DNA from: an uncultured virus (IMG/VR IMGVR_UViG_3300047295_000025) | Lineage: Duplodnaviria; Heunggongvirae; Uroviricota; Caudoviricetes; Schitoviridae | Length of the DNA stretch: 64,000 nucleotides | Virus record (IMG/VR): IMGVR_UViG_3300047295_000025 | Reading direction: 5' to 3' (one strand) | Shown here: positions 25,011-34,524 of the stretch, piece after piece | Position numbering within the stretch: the stretch's first letter is position 1 | How the letters are laid out: each line of letters begins with the position of its first letter | Notes under the pieces: model-generated | The model's database searches: none | What the model was told of the DNA's origin: nothing | Seen by the model: only the letters and a program-made list of their open reading frames with translations | Program-made: the position numbers and the translations under genes

Positions 25011-25859
25011 ATGACCCCCTTACTCCCCCCGCACCCTGAAACGCAATACCTCGACATCTTGGAGGAGCTGGCGTCCAAGCACTCGACCCGGGAAACAAGG
25101 AATGACGGGGACACCCGTTCGTCCTTCGGGAAGCAGATCCGCTTCGACATGAGCGATGGCTTTCCTCTCCTCACCACGAAGCGTGTGTTCTGGACTGGGG
25201 TGGTCGCGGAGCTTCTCTGGATGCTCAGGGGCGAGACCAACGTGAAGGCCCTTCAGGAAGAGGGGGTCCACATCTGGGACAAGTGGGCCGACGAGAATGG
25301 CGAATTGGGGCCTGTTTACGGGGCACAATGGCGCAAACGCAGGCACCACACCCACGAAGTTATCTCTGAAATCGACCAAATGGCGAGCGTTATCAAGAGC
25401 TTGCGCGAGGATCCTTACAGCCGACGCCACATAGTGGACAGTTGGAATGTAGGGGAACTGAGTCAGATGGCACTGCCACCGTGTCACTGTCTGTTCCAGT
25501 TCTATGTGGGTGAAGACGAACGTCTGTCCCTACAGCTGTACCAGAGAAGCGCAGACATCTTCCTTGGAGTACCGTTCAACATCGCTTCATACTCTCTTCT
25601 CCTGCACATCGTTGCAGCTATGATCGGGAGAGAGCCAGGTGAGTTCATCCATACCTTCGGTGACGTTCACCTGTACGGGAACCACTACGACCAAGCATGG
25701 GAACAGCTGGCCAATCGGCCCCTGCGTGCTCCCCAACTGATCATTCACCCTAACTTGAGTGGCCGTGGAGTGGAGGTATTCAATGAACTGAAGGTCGCTG
25801 ACTTCGAACTAATCGGTTACAACCCACACAAAACAATCAAAGCGGAAGCTTCCAAATGA
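25011..25859 (+). CDS. thyA: Thymidylate synthase ThyA
   Basis: FPLLTTK, LGPVYGAQWR, ALPPCH, YQRSADIFLGVPFNIASY, GDVHLY; GGAG RBS. Confidence 0.96.
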   Translation: MTPLLPPHPETQYLDILEELASKHSTRETRNDGDTRSSFGKQIRFDMSDGFPLLTTKRVFWTGVVAELLWMLRGETNVKALQEEGVHIWDKWADENGELGPVYGAQWRKRRHHTHEVISEIDQMASVIKSLREDPYSRRHIVDSWNVGELSQMALPPCHCLFQFYVGEDERLSLQLYQRSADIFLGVPFNIASYSLLLHIVAAMIGREPGEFIHTFGDVHLYGNHYDQAWEQLANRPLRAPQLIIHPNLSGRGVEVFNELKVADFELIGYNPHKTIKAEASK

Positions 25860-26164
25860 CTAAGAAACACGATGGCCTGCCCGTATCGGGCTACAGACCG
25901 CAGAGTGCTGAGAACGTCGCACTCGTGAACGAGATGAAGCAGTTGGAAGAGCGAGTTCTTCGCAAGCTGGACGAGATGAAAGGCATGGGCGTTGACCAAC
26001 GCTGGCTGGCTACTGGACGTACTCAGCTGGAAAAGGCCTTCATGTCCATCAACCGCTCGGTCTTCCAACCCAGTCGTGTGATGCTGGATGAAGAGATCAG
26101 GGAGCGTCTTTCTCCTCAGCCCCTCGAAGACCCGGGCTGCGCCAGCAGCCCAAGGGATCGATAG
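25856..26164 (+). CDS. acb2: Acb2-like anti-CBASS cyclic-nucleotide sponge
   Basis: GYR...N.MK...RWLATGRTQL...M...R.VFQP pattern as recalled for Acb2. Confidence 0.75.
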   Translation: MTKKHDGLPVSGYRPQSAENVALVNEMKQLEERVLRKLDEMKGMGVDQRWLATGRTQLEKAFMSINRSVFQPSRVMLDEEIRERLSPQPLEDPGCASSPRDR

Positions 26165-26378
26165 AGGGGCGACAGGTAATGGTGGTCAGGGCTGCCGAGC
26201 AAAGCTCAAGACATTTGGAGTGACCAATTCCAAACCCTGACCACCACCCTTGGCCACCGGGATCAACCCAATAAACACCCGGACGGTCGCAGTCTAAGGC
26301 ATCTCAACTCCTCGGACTTGTCAGCTATATGAGACAAGTTCTTGCATCAGCAACCAAAATCATCTCAGGTACTCGTCC

Positions 26379-27068
26379 ATGTTGTCTCTCGAACTCGTAC
26401 AGAAGGCTTTGCCTGCAAACCTGAAGAACTCCGCAACCCAGCAGCTGGTTGATCGGATCAACAGTGCTGTCGCAGATCCTCTCATTGCTGAGCAGATCCG
26501 AGAGAACTTCATCAGCTATACTGGGGTGCTGAAAGAGGGGAAGTTCAAGACCGAGGACTACCTGTCGGCTGTGATGTACGTCAGCTTCAAGCTGATGGGG
26601 GACACCAATCAGGACGCCTACTTCAAGACGTTCCCGATCAGGTACCAAGATCTCTTGGCTCGCGGAGCATCTCCGAAGGACATCTCTGCCTACGTTGTCG
26701 CCTACAACAAAGGCAAGCTGGTCAACCTGATCCTTGAGCAGACACTGGTCCCTTCTTGGGTCCTGAACCAACACAACTACCAGATGGCGATCAACACGCA
26801 GGTCGAGCTGATGACCGATCCTGACGTGTCTCCCAAGGTGAGATCGGACGCAGCGAACTCGATCCTGACCCACTTGAAGAAGCCCGAGACGAACAAGGCT
26901 TCTCTCGACATCAACATCAATGAGAACTCCGGCATGAACGAGCTGCGTGAGACGCTGCGTCGTGTTGGACAGGCCCAGCTCGACAGCATTGCTGGCGGTC
27001 ACCAGACTGCCCGGGAAATTGCAGCCATGCCTCTGATCGAAGGCACGGCTACGGAAGTGAGAGACTAA
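26379..27068 (+). CDS. N4 gp69-like conserved protein (candidate terminase small subunit)
   Basis: Directly upstream of TerL; RENFISY..VL.EGKF, VRSDAANSILTHLK. Confidence 0.7.
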   Translation: MLSLELVQKALPANLKNSATQQLVDRINSAVADPLIAEQIRENFISYTGVLKEGKFKTEDYLSAVMYVSFKLMGDTNQDAYFKTFPIRYQDLLARGASPKDISAYVVAYNKGKLVNLILEQTLVPSWVLNQHNYQMAINTQVELMTDPDVSPKVRSDAANSILTHLKKPETNKASLDININENSGMNELRETLRRVGQAQLDSIAGGHQTAREIAAMPLIEGTATEVRD

Positions 27069-28661
27069 GTGGCACGCCAGCTTATCAAGCAGTCACTCGA
27101 TGAGTGGCTAGACAGCGTTGACTACACGGAGCTGAACAGCCCGTCGTACACACCGTCTGACTTTGCGCTGGAGTTCATGAACTTCATCAAGCTCGTCAAC
27201 GGCGACGCTGGTGAGTCGAACGTCACGCCTCCTGTTCACCTGAAGATGTTGGACAAGGTGACAGAGGCATCGCCCTATGTGGCGAACCTCTGCTTCCGTG
27301 GTGCTGCCAAGACCACGCTCTTCATGGAATACATGACGCTGTACATCGCAGTGTTCGGAGAGCTGCCCGGGTTCGGTGATGTTACCGGCATGATCTACGT
27401 CTCCGACTCGATGGAGAACGGGGTCAAGTCTGCCCGGAAGAACATCGAGTTCAGATGGAAGAACAGCGAGTTCCTACAGGAATGGCTGCCTGAGGCCCAC
27501 TTCACCGACAACTACATGGAGTTCAAGAACAAGGAGGGTCACCTCCTTGGTGTGAAGATGTTCGGTGCGAAGACGGGTCTTCGCGGTACCAAGATCTTCG
27601 GCAAACGTCCTGTGCTCGCCATCCTCGACGACCTTGTGTCGGATGATGACGCTCGCTCGCGTACTTCCATGAACGCGATCAAGGACACGGTTTACAAGGG
27701 CGTGAACCACGCTCTCGATCCTACCCGTCGCAAGGTCATATTCAACGGCACGCCGTTCAACTCGGAAGACATCCTGATCGAGGCGGTCGAGTCTGGGGCT
27801 TGGGACGTGAACGTCTGGCCCGTGTGCGAACAGTTCCCCTGTGAGGAAGCTGATTTCGTCGGGGCTTGGCCTGACCGCTTTACCTTCGAGTATGTGCAGG
27901 AGCAGTACGAGCTGGCTATGAAGAACGGCAAGGTTGCTGGCTTCATGCAGGAGCTGATGCTTCGGATTACCTCTGAAGAGGAGCGTCTGGTTCAGGACGA
28001 CGAGATCCGTTGGTATAAGCGTGCTCCCCTGCTGGCGAAGAAAGAAGCGTTCAACTTCTACATCACCACCGACTACGCCACGTCGTCCAAGCAGACGGCT
28101 GACTTCAGCGTGACCTCAGTCTGGGCCTACAACGCCAACGGCGATTGGTTCTGGGTGGATGGTTACTGCGAACGTCAGGGCATGGACAAGAACATCGACG
28201 CCCTGTTCAAGTTCGTGAGCGAATACAAGCCTATGCAAGTGGGCATCGAAGTCACTGGACAACAAGGCGGCTTCATCCAGTGGTGCCAGAATGAGATGCT
28301 GAACCGGAACATCTGGTTCAACTTCGCCTCGTCTGAGAAGTCTGGTGCCCCTGGGATCCGCCCAATCACGGACAAGCTGTCACGCTTCAACCTCGTGGTT
28401 CCGTGGTTCAAGATGGGCAAGATCTACTTCCCTGAAGAGATGAAGCTGAGCACGACTATGGCTCACTTCATCGGTCAGATCAGGCTGGCAACAGTCAACG
28501 GACTGAAGGGCAAAGACGACTGCCTCGACACTATTTCGATGCTGGGTTACCTCAAGCCGTGGAAACCTTCTGACACGCCTACTGTTCCCACAGAAGCTGG
28601 TGGTATATGGGAACATGAGGTAGAAGCTGAGGCTCATGCCGCCGCGTCATACATCGTCTAA
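27069..28661 (+). CDS. terL: Terminase large subunit (N4 gp68-like)
   Basis: CFRGAAKTT, ILDDL, NGTPF, nuclease TDYA...DDCLDT. Confidence 0.95.
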   Translation: MARQLIKQSLDEWLDSVDYTELNSPSYTPSDFALEFMNFIKLVNGDAGESNVTPPVHLKMLDKVTEASPYVANLCFRGAAKTTLFMEYMTLYIAVFGELPGFGDVTGMIYVSDSMENGVKSARKNIEFRWKNSEFLQEWLPEAHFTDNYMEFKNKEGHLLGVKMFGAKTGLRGTKIFGKRPVLAILDDLVSDDDARSRTSMNAIKDTVYKGVNHALDPTRRKVIFNGTPFNSEDILIEAVESGAWDVNVWPVCEQFPCEEADFVGAWPDRFTFEYVQEQYELAMKNGKVAGFMQELMLRITSEEERLVQDDEIRWYKRAPLLAKKEAFNFYITTDYATSSKQTADFSVTSVWAYNANGDWFWVDGYCERQGMDKNIDALFKFVSEYKPMQVGIEVTGQQGGFIQWCQNEMLNRNIWFNFASSEKSGAPGIRPITDKLSRFNLVVPWFKMGKIYFPEEMKLSTTMAHFIGQIRLATVNGLKGKDDCLDTISMLGYLKPWKPSDTPTVPTEAGGIWEHEVEAEAHAAASYIV

Positions 28662-28673
28662 TCGGACAAGATC

Positions 28674-29390
28674 ATGATCCTCGCTGAACTGTTCAAACAG
28701 CTGTCCTATGGCCAACTGTCGAACCTCTCCCTGTCGGGTAATGGATCGGGTGTCATCGTCGGGGAACAGAAGCCCAAGATCATCAGCATGGCGAACGAAG
28801 CCCTGCTGAAGATCTATTCGCGGTTCATTCTCAACGAGAAGACACTGGTGCTGGCGCTGACCAACGGTACGCTGAGATACAGCCTGACGAGAGCCAACGC
28901 GATCTACGGCGCTGATGTGAGCAACCCGAACGGCTACATCATCGACACGGAAGAGAACCCCTTCCTCGGTGACGTGGTTCGGGTCCTCGCTGCCCATGAC
29001 AGCTTCGGCGTCGATGTTGCGCTGAACGACGACCAAGCGAACATCTCTGTGTTCACTCCCGCTCCTGAGGCGGTTCAGATCCGCCAGTCGGCAAACAATA
29101 TCAGAGCAATCAGCGGGCTGATGCTGACTTATCAAGCCAAGCATCCTGAGCTGGATGTGGACGGCGACGACGAGCAACTCATTGAACTGCCGGACGTTCT
29201 CGAACCTGCACTGAAAGCCTATGTCTCGTATATGGTCTTCAGTGGGATGAACGGCCCTGAGAATTCGGCCAAAGCCGCCGAACATATGTCACAGTACGAA
29301 GCTACCTGCTTGGAGATCATCGACAAAGATCTCGTCAGCTCCAGCTATTCGAGAACAAACACCCGGTTCAACCGTAACGGCTGGGCCTAG
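28674..29390 (+). CDS. Virion neck/adaptor protein (N4 gp67-like)
   Basis: LSYGQLSNL start, IELP..L..AL..YV, NTRF..NGW end; synteny. Confidence 0.78.
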   Translation: MILAELFKQLSYGQLSNLSLSGNGSGVIVGEQKPKIISMANEALLKIYSRFILNEKTLVLALTNGTLRYSLTRANAIYGADVSNPNGYIIDTEENPFLGDVVRVLAAHDSFGVDVALNDDQANISVFTPAPEAVQIRQSANNIRAISGLMLTYQAKHPELDVDGDDEQLIELPDVLEPALKAYVSYMVFSGMNGPENSAKAAEHMSQYEATCLEIIDKDLVSSSYSRTNTRFNRNGWA

Positions 29391-29485
29391 TTTTTTCATA
29401 GAATGTTTCACTAATTAAGGTAGAAACACCTTAGTTGTTCTACCAAAGGGTTAGGACAATGTACCATGCGAGATCGAGTAAACTC

Positions 29486-30157
29486 ATGAGCACTGAGCCT
29501 GAAAACGTCTCGTTGCTGAAGCAACTGTCAGAACTCTGGCCATTTGCTTCAACAGCTATAGCTGGCGTAGGCGCATGGTTTACCGCTCAATGGCACGTCA
29601 AGCGTACAGAAGCTGCGAAGACTTCTGAGCTGGTGAACCAGCTGCGTGAGCGAGCACACCAGACAGAAATTGAGTTGGCCCAGATCAGAGCGGTGCTCTC
29701 TGCGGCTACGGGCCTGAGGTTCGAGCAGATCACGCTTGAGATGGTCCAAGACATGGTTCACCGGAAGACCTTGACTCTGGAAGAGCTGGAGACCTTCGTC
29801 CTCACGATGCCCCGTCTCATGTGGTTCAAGAAGCGTGAGGGACCCGGCGTTTACCGGATGATGCAGGTCAGTCAGGTCTATGCTGACAAGTATCTCGGCG
29901 GCGATGCTTCGAAGTACAGAGACAAGCTGGATAGCGACATCTGGCCGAAGGACATCGCTAATTTCTTCGCAAAACATGACGAGGAAGCCTACATCAGCGG
30001 TCTTGTGAGCGAGGTCGTTGAGCCAGTCAGATCACCCTACACCGGCGTCAGGGGACACTTCGCTGGTGTGAAGTGGTGTTTCCAGCTTGGACAAGACAGC
30101 TACATTTGTGGTCTAGGGGTCCACAACAATGAGCCTCTGGAAAAGACTGATGCTTAA
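29486..30157 (+). CDS. Membrane-anchored coiled-coil plus PAS-like domain protein
   Basis: Hydrophobic LWPFASTAIAGVGAWF; C-terminal MPRLMWFKK...YRMM...DKLDSDIWPKDIANFFAKHD PAS_4-like pattern. Confidence 0.7.
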   Translation: MSTEPENVSLLKQLSELWPFASTAIAGVGAWFTAQWHVKRTEAAKTSELVNQLRERAHQTEIELAQIRAVLSAATGLRFEQITLEMVQDMVHRKTLTLEELETFVLTMPRLMWFKKREGPGVYRMMQVSQVYADKYLGGDASKYRDKLDSDIWPKDIANFFAKHDEEAYISGLVSEVVEPVRSPYTGVRGHFAGVKWCFQLGQDSYICGLGVHNNEPLEKTDA

Positions 30158-30542
30158 ATTCGAGCCACCGAGGGTCACTATTGCCCTCAACATCAAGCCC
30201 CTTGAGGAGCGACACTTCGTAACTCTGGCCATCATCTGCATCATCGTGGGTATGCTTATGATGGCTAGAGAGGATCCGAAGCTGTGGGAAGTTGAGCTGT
30301 TCAAGACGCTCCTGACTGCGTTCGCCCTCACTGGCTTCCTGAACATGGTGGTGTCTTTCCACTTCTCAGCCAACAAAGGCGACGAGAAGAAGAGCGAGAA
30401 CACTGCTGCTGCATTCGAGGCCATTCGTGAAACGGCTCGGACTGCTGCTGGCTCCGTTGACCAAGCTGCTGCCGATGCTGCTGAGAGAACGGCTGACGCC
30501 GCTGTTGAACAAGCACGCCATGAAGGGGATGCTGCACGATGA
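30150..30542 (+). CDS. Putative holin (2 TM)
   Basis: Two TM helices, charged tail, ATGA-coupled to endolysin; alternative start at 30129. Confidence 0.68.
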   Translation: MLKFEPPRVTIALNIKPLEERHFVTLAIICIIVGMLMMAREDPKLWEVELFKTLLTAFALTGFLNMVVSFHFSANKGDEKKSENTAAAFEAIRETARTAAGSVDQAAADAAERTADAAVEQARHEGDAAR

Positions 30543-31258
30543 CCATACCCTCGTATCAACTGGTGGATGCTGGCGTATTTGCTGCCGTTCGCCAGATCCT
30601 CCAAGAGCGGACGGGCAAAGGCCTCACTGAGGCTGATGTCCGTCTGATCAACGCTGCCCTGTCCCTGGATGATCCCAAGGTCTCGGTTCCGGCTCTGGCT
30701 GTTCTGGACAAGTTGAACGTCAAGGTCGTCACTGAGCTGATGCACCATGAGGCGATCATTCAGGAGCTGTACAAGGACAGCGTTGGCGTCGAAACGTGGT
30801 CTGCTGGTCTGACTGCCAAGTCAGGCATCAACGTCAGGCAGTACAAGGACAAGCCTGCCAGTATGCAGGTCTGCGTCACTGCTGTGGTCGAGAGACTGAA
30901 GGCCGTCTATGTGCCTGACGTTCTAGCTGCGTTTGCAGGCAAGACGCTCACTGACGCTGAGTTCGCAGCAGCCCTAAGTTTCCACTACAACACGGGTGCG
31001 ATCAGGCGTGCTGATTGGGTGAAGCACTGGATGAGTGGCAACGTCTCTGCTGCTCGGGCCAGCATTATGAACTGGAAGTCTCCTCCCGAGATCGAGGATC
31101 GACGTGAGAAAGAGCGAGACCTGTTCTTTGACGGCAAGTGGTCACAGGACGGAAAGACCACCGTGTATCTGGTGAACAAGCCCTCCTATTCTCCGAGATG
31201 GTCCAGTGCTAAGCGTGTGGATGTGTCCGCTGAGATACGGGCAGCACTGGGAGTTTGA
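30539..31258 (+). CDS. Endolysin, GH24-like muramidase
   Basis: E-x8-D-x5-T (HEAIIQELYKDSVGVET), AALSFHYNTG, RREKERDLF. Confidence 0.88.
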   Translation: MTIPSYQLVDAGVFAAVRQILQERTGKGLTEADVRLINAALSLDDPKVSVPALAVLDKLNVKVVTELMHHEAIIQELYKDSVGVETWSAGLTAKSGINVRQYKDKPASMQVCVTAVVERLKAVYVPDVLAAFAGKTLTDAEFAAALSFHYNTGAIRRADWVKHWMSGNVSAARASIMNWKSPPEIEDRREKERDLFFDGKWSQDGKTTVYLVNKPSYSPRWSSAKRVDVSAEIRAALGV

Positions 31259-31259
31259 G

Positions 31260-31625
31260 ATGAAGATCAACATCCAAGAGATCGCACGGTCTCTGTCAGC
31301 AGCCAAATGGCTCATGATCCTTGCAGCCGTGCTGGTGGTTCTCCTGATGGGAACCTGTACTGTGAACAAGGTCACCGACATGGTGACTCACAGCAAGCAG
31401 GTGAAGGCTCAGAACCGAGACATCGCAGCCCGAGACAAGTCGGATGCACAACGGGTGGAGGACCTCATGGAGATCCGCACCAACACGGAGAAGCTGAATG
31501 AAATCGTTGAGAGCGTTCCCCCGACTGTTCCTTCTGCTCAGCGTTACGCCCTTGCTTGTGCAAGGATGCGCGCCGACAGTCGAGTCAAGCAACTTCCCGC
31601 CCGTTGCGGATCTGAAGCGAACTGA
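31260..31625 (+). CDS. Rz-like inner-membrane spanin
   Basis: N-terminal TM, helical periplasmic domain, after endolysin. Confidence 0.72.
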   Translation: MKINIQEIARSLSAAKWLMILAAVLVVLLMGTCTVNKVTDMVTHSKQVKAQNRDIAARDKSDAQRVEDLMEIRTNTEKLNEIVESVPPTVPSAQRYALACARMRADSRVKQLPARCGSEAN

Positions 31626-31809
31626 GGCACCTCAGTTCGACGGGAGCCGGATCGATGACGAGACCTACCACTCTCAGTTTGAGATCAGGATGCAGAACTG
31701 GGGCGAAACCAGTGATGCTGCTCTTGGCAGGCTCTGCACCTTCTTCAAGGACAAGGGCATGAAGGTGGATTGTACTCCACAACCGGATACTGAAAACCCG
31801 GTTGAGTGA
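31498..31809 (+). CDS. Rz1-like outer-membrane spanin lipoprotein
   Basis: Signal peptide with lipobox-like VQGC; Pro-rich; overlaps Rz in another frame. Confidence 0.75.
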   Translation: MKSLRAFPRLFLLLSVTPLLVQGCAPTVESSNFPPVADLKRTEAPQFDGSRIDDETYHSQFEIRMQNWGETSDAALGRLCTFFKDKGMKVDCTPQPDTENPVE

Positions 31810-31829
31810 GTAGATCTTCTGGACAATTG

Positions 31830-31870
31830 AGGTCGTTAGGGGCACAGACCCCTGACGACCTTCTTCATTT
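31830..31870 (+). terminator. Hairpin/terminator after the lysis cassette
   Basis: AGGTCGTTAGGGG/CCCCTGACGACCT followed by TCTTCATTT. Confidence 0.55.
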
Positions 31871-31881
31871 AGGTAACAAAG

Positions 31882-34161
31882 ATGCAGCTTCGTGAGAGTG
31901 ATGAGCTTGGGACCAAGCTCACAACTTGGGCCAATGAGCCTTCAATGCTGGATCTGAAGGCAGACTTCGATGCTGCCAAGCCGATGCACGACCTGCAAGT
32001 TGGCAAGATCAACGGCTGGAATGACCTGCTCAAAGTCACTGGCAAAGCCAAGCCTGAGACCCGTAAGGGTCGTTCTGCTGTTCAGCCCAAGCTGATTCGT
32101 CGTCAGGCTGAGTGGAGATACTCGGCCCTGTCTGAGCCGTTCCTTGGCTCCTCGAAGCTGTACGAGGTGAAGCCCGCCACTTTCGAGGATGGTCCTGCTG
32201 CTCAACAGAACGAACTGGTTCTGAACCACCAATTCCGCACCCAGTTCAACCGGGTGAAGTTCATTGATGATCTGGTGCGATGCACTGTGGACGAGGGTAC
32301 CTCGGTCATCAAGCTGGGCTGGAAGCGTCTGACGAAGATGGTGGAAGAAGAAGTTCCTGTCTTCACCCACTACAACGTCACGACCGAAGAAGAGATGACT
32401 GCTCTTCAGGAAGCCATCCAAGCGAAGGAGGCTGACTTCCGTTCGTATGAGGCTGCTGTGACCCCTGAGATCAGGGCTGCCGTGGACTACTACGAAGAAA
32501 CGAACACCCCGACTACGGCGAAGATCACTGGGCAAGAGAAGATCAAGGTCGAGAAGATCCTTGAGAACAGACCCACTGCTCAGGTCCTTAACCCGGCAAA
32601 CGTCTATATCGATCCGTCTTGCGAGGGTGACCTCGACAAGGCCATGTTCGCTATTGTCTCGTTCGAGACATCGAAGTCGGACCTGAAGAAGGACACGGCT
32701 CGATACAAGAACCTCGACGATATCGACTGGGACAACCTCGGGACCATCGTGGACACGGACCACGCTACGAAGACCCCTGTTGACTTCCAGCTGCATGACA
32801 AGGCTCGCAAGAAGGTCATCGCCTACGAATACTGGGGCTTCTACGACATCGACAACTCGGGCATCCTGACGCCCATCGTTGCCACTTGGATCGGTGGTGT
32901 GCTGATCCGAATGGAGAAGAACCCGTTCCCGGATGAGAAGATCCCTCTGATCCTGATCCCGTATCTTCCGATCAAGCGTGAGCTGTTCGGTGAGCCGGAT
33001 GCTGAGCTGCTGGAAGATAACCAGAAGATCCTGGGAGCTGTGACTCGTGGCATGATCGACCTTCTGGGTCGCTCGGCCAATGCACAGCAGGGCTTCGCCA
33101 AAGGGATGCTCGATCCCCTGAACCGTCGGAAATACGACAACGGTCAGGACTACGAGTACAACCCGAACACCAACCCCAACATAGGGCTGGTGGAGCACAA
33201 ATATCCTGAGATCCCTCAGTCTGCTCTGACCATGCTCACCCTCATGAACAATGAGGCTGAAGCCCTGACTGGCGTAAAGTCCTTCAGCGGTGGTGTGTCT
33301 GGTGACGCATACGGGGATGTGGCTGCTGGTATCCGTGGGGTACTGGACGCTGCGTCCAAGAGAGAGATGGCGATCCTTCGCCGCATCTCCTCTGGCGTGA
33401 CCCAAATGGGGAACAAGATCATCGCCATGAACGCCGTCTTCCTGTCGGAAGAAGAGGTGATCAGAAAGACGAACGAAGAGTTTGTCACCGTCAAGCGTGA
33501 GGATCTGAAGGGCAACTTTGACTTGGTGGTCGATATCTCGACTGCTGAGATCGATGACGCTCAGGCCAAGGATCTGGGCTTCCTGCTCCAGACCATCGGG
33601 AACAACATGGATCCCGAGATGAGAGGCATGATCCTCTCTGAGATCGCACGCCTGAAGCGGATGCCCGAGCTGGCCAAGAAGATCGAGAACTACCAGCCTC
33701 AGCCCGATCCTGTTCAGGAGAAGCTGAAGGAACTGTCGATCAAGAAGATCGAGCTGGAGATCTCTCAGATCGAGTCTGAGATCGCTCTCAATCAGGCCAA
33801 GGCTGCCAAGGCTACTGCTGAAGCTCAAGCCACTGCACAGGAAACTGGAGATCAAGCGTCTGGTGTGTCTCACGCCAGAGAACTTGAGCAGAGCCGTGCT
33901 CAGTCTGAAGGAAACCAGAACCTTGTTGTCACCAAAGCCCTTGCTACCCCACGGAAAGAAGGGGAGGGAACCCCGGATATCGAAGCAGCTGTTGGCTTCA
34001 ATCAACTCAGCAAGGCTCAACAACAGGAACAAATGACTCCCGCTCTTGACAGTACACTGGAGAGAGATGCACTAGCTGAGCAAGATCCAAGGTTTAGTAT
34101 TGGATCTCGCTTCTTCGAACCCGCCCTTGACCCGGCATCAAACCCAAACCTGAGTATCTGA
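31882..34161 (+). CDS. Portal protein (N4 gp59-like)
   Basis: KLTTWANEP, VQPKLIRRQAEWRYSALSEPF; synteny. Confidence 0.93.
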   Translation: MQLRESDELGTKLTTWANEPSMLDLKADFDAAKPMHDLQVGKINGWNDLLKVTGKAKPETRKGRSAVQPKLIRRQAEWRYSALSEPFLGSSKLYEVKPATFEDGPAAQQNELVLNHQFRTQFNRVKFIDDLVRCTVDEGTSVIKLGWKRLTKMVEEEVPVFTHYNVTTEEEMTALQEAIQAKEADFRSYEAAVTPEIRAAVDYYEETNTPTTAKITGQEKIKVEKILENRPTAQVLNPANVYIDPSCEGDLDKAMFAIVSFETSKSDLKKDTARYKNLDDIDWDNLGTIVDTDHATKTPVDFQLHDKARKKVIAYEYWGFYDIDNSGILTPIVATWIGGVLIRMEKNPFPDEKIPLILIPYLPIKRELFGEPDAELLEDNQKILGAVTRGMIDLLGRSANAQQGFAKGMLDPLNRRKYDNGQDYEYNPNTNPNIGLVEHKYPEIPQSALTMLTLMNNEAEALTGVKSFSGGVSGDAYGDVAAGIRGVLDAASKREMAILRRISSGVTQMGNKIIAMNAVFLSEEEVIRKTNEEFVTVKREDLKGNFDLVVDISTAEIDDAQAKDLGFLLQTIGNNMDPEMRGMILSEIARLKRMPELAKKIENYQPQPDPVQEKLKELSIKKIELEISQIESEIALNQAKAAKATAEAQATAQETGDQASGVSHARELEQSRAQSEGNQNLVVTKALATPRKEGEGTPDIEAAVGFNQLSKAQQQEQMTPALDSTLERDALAEQDPRFSIGSRFFEPALDPASNPNLSI

Positions 34162-34165
34162 GAAC

Positions 34166-34522
34166 ATGGAACAGACCATTACCCAACAGATCATCAACAC
34201 CGAAGCTCGGATCAAGGAGCTTGAGAAGCAAGTTCTCTTCGGTGCTGAAGTTCAGAAGCTGCGTATCCTGCCGGAATTCCGCAAGGTGATCGTGGAAGAC
34301 TTCATGCAGAAGGAAGTCGTGAGGAACATGGCTCTGGCCGGTGATCCCTCGGCCTCTGCTGACATCCGTTCGGATTGCCTTGCGATGGCATACGCCGGTG
34401 GGCACCTGCATCGCTACATGGATGCACAGCTCGCTATGGCTCGCCAAGCAGAGCATGACCTGAAGGAACACAAGGACCTTCTGGACGAACTCCGTGAGGC
34501 TGACGCTGCGGAGGGCCAGTAA
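34166..34522 (+). CDS. N4 gp58-like protein
   Basis: 118-aa coiled-coil protein after portal. Confidence 0.7.
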   Translation: MEQTITQQIINTEARIKELEKQVLFGAEVQKLRILPEFRKVIVEDFMQKEVVRNMALAGDPSASADIRSDCLAMAYAGGHLHRYMDAQLAMARQAEHDLKEHKDLLDELREADAAEGQ

Positions 34523-34524
34523 TC

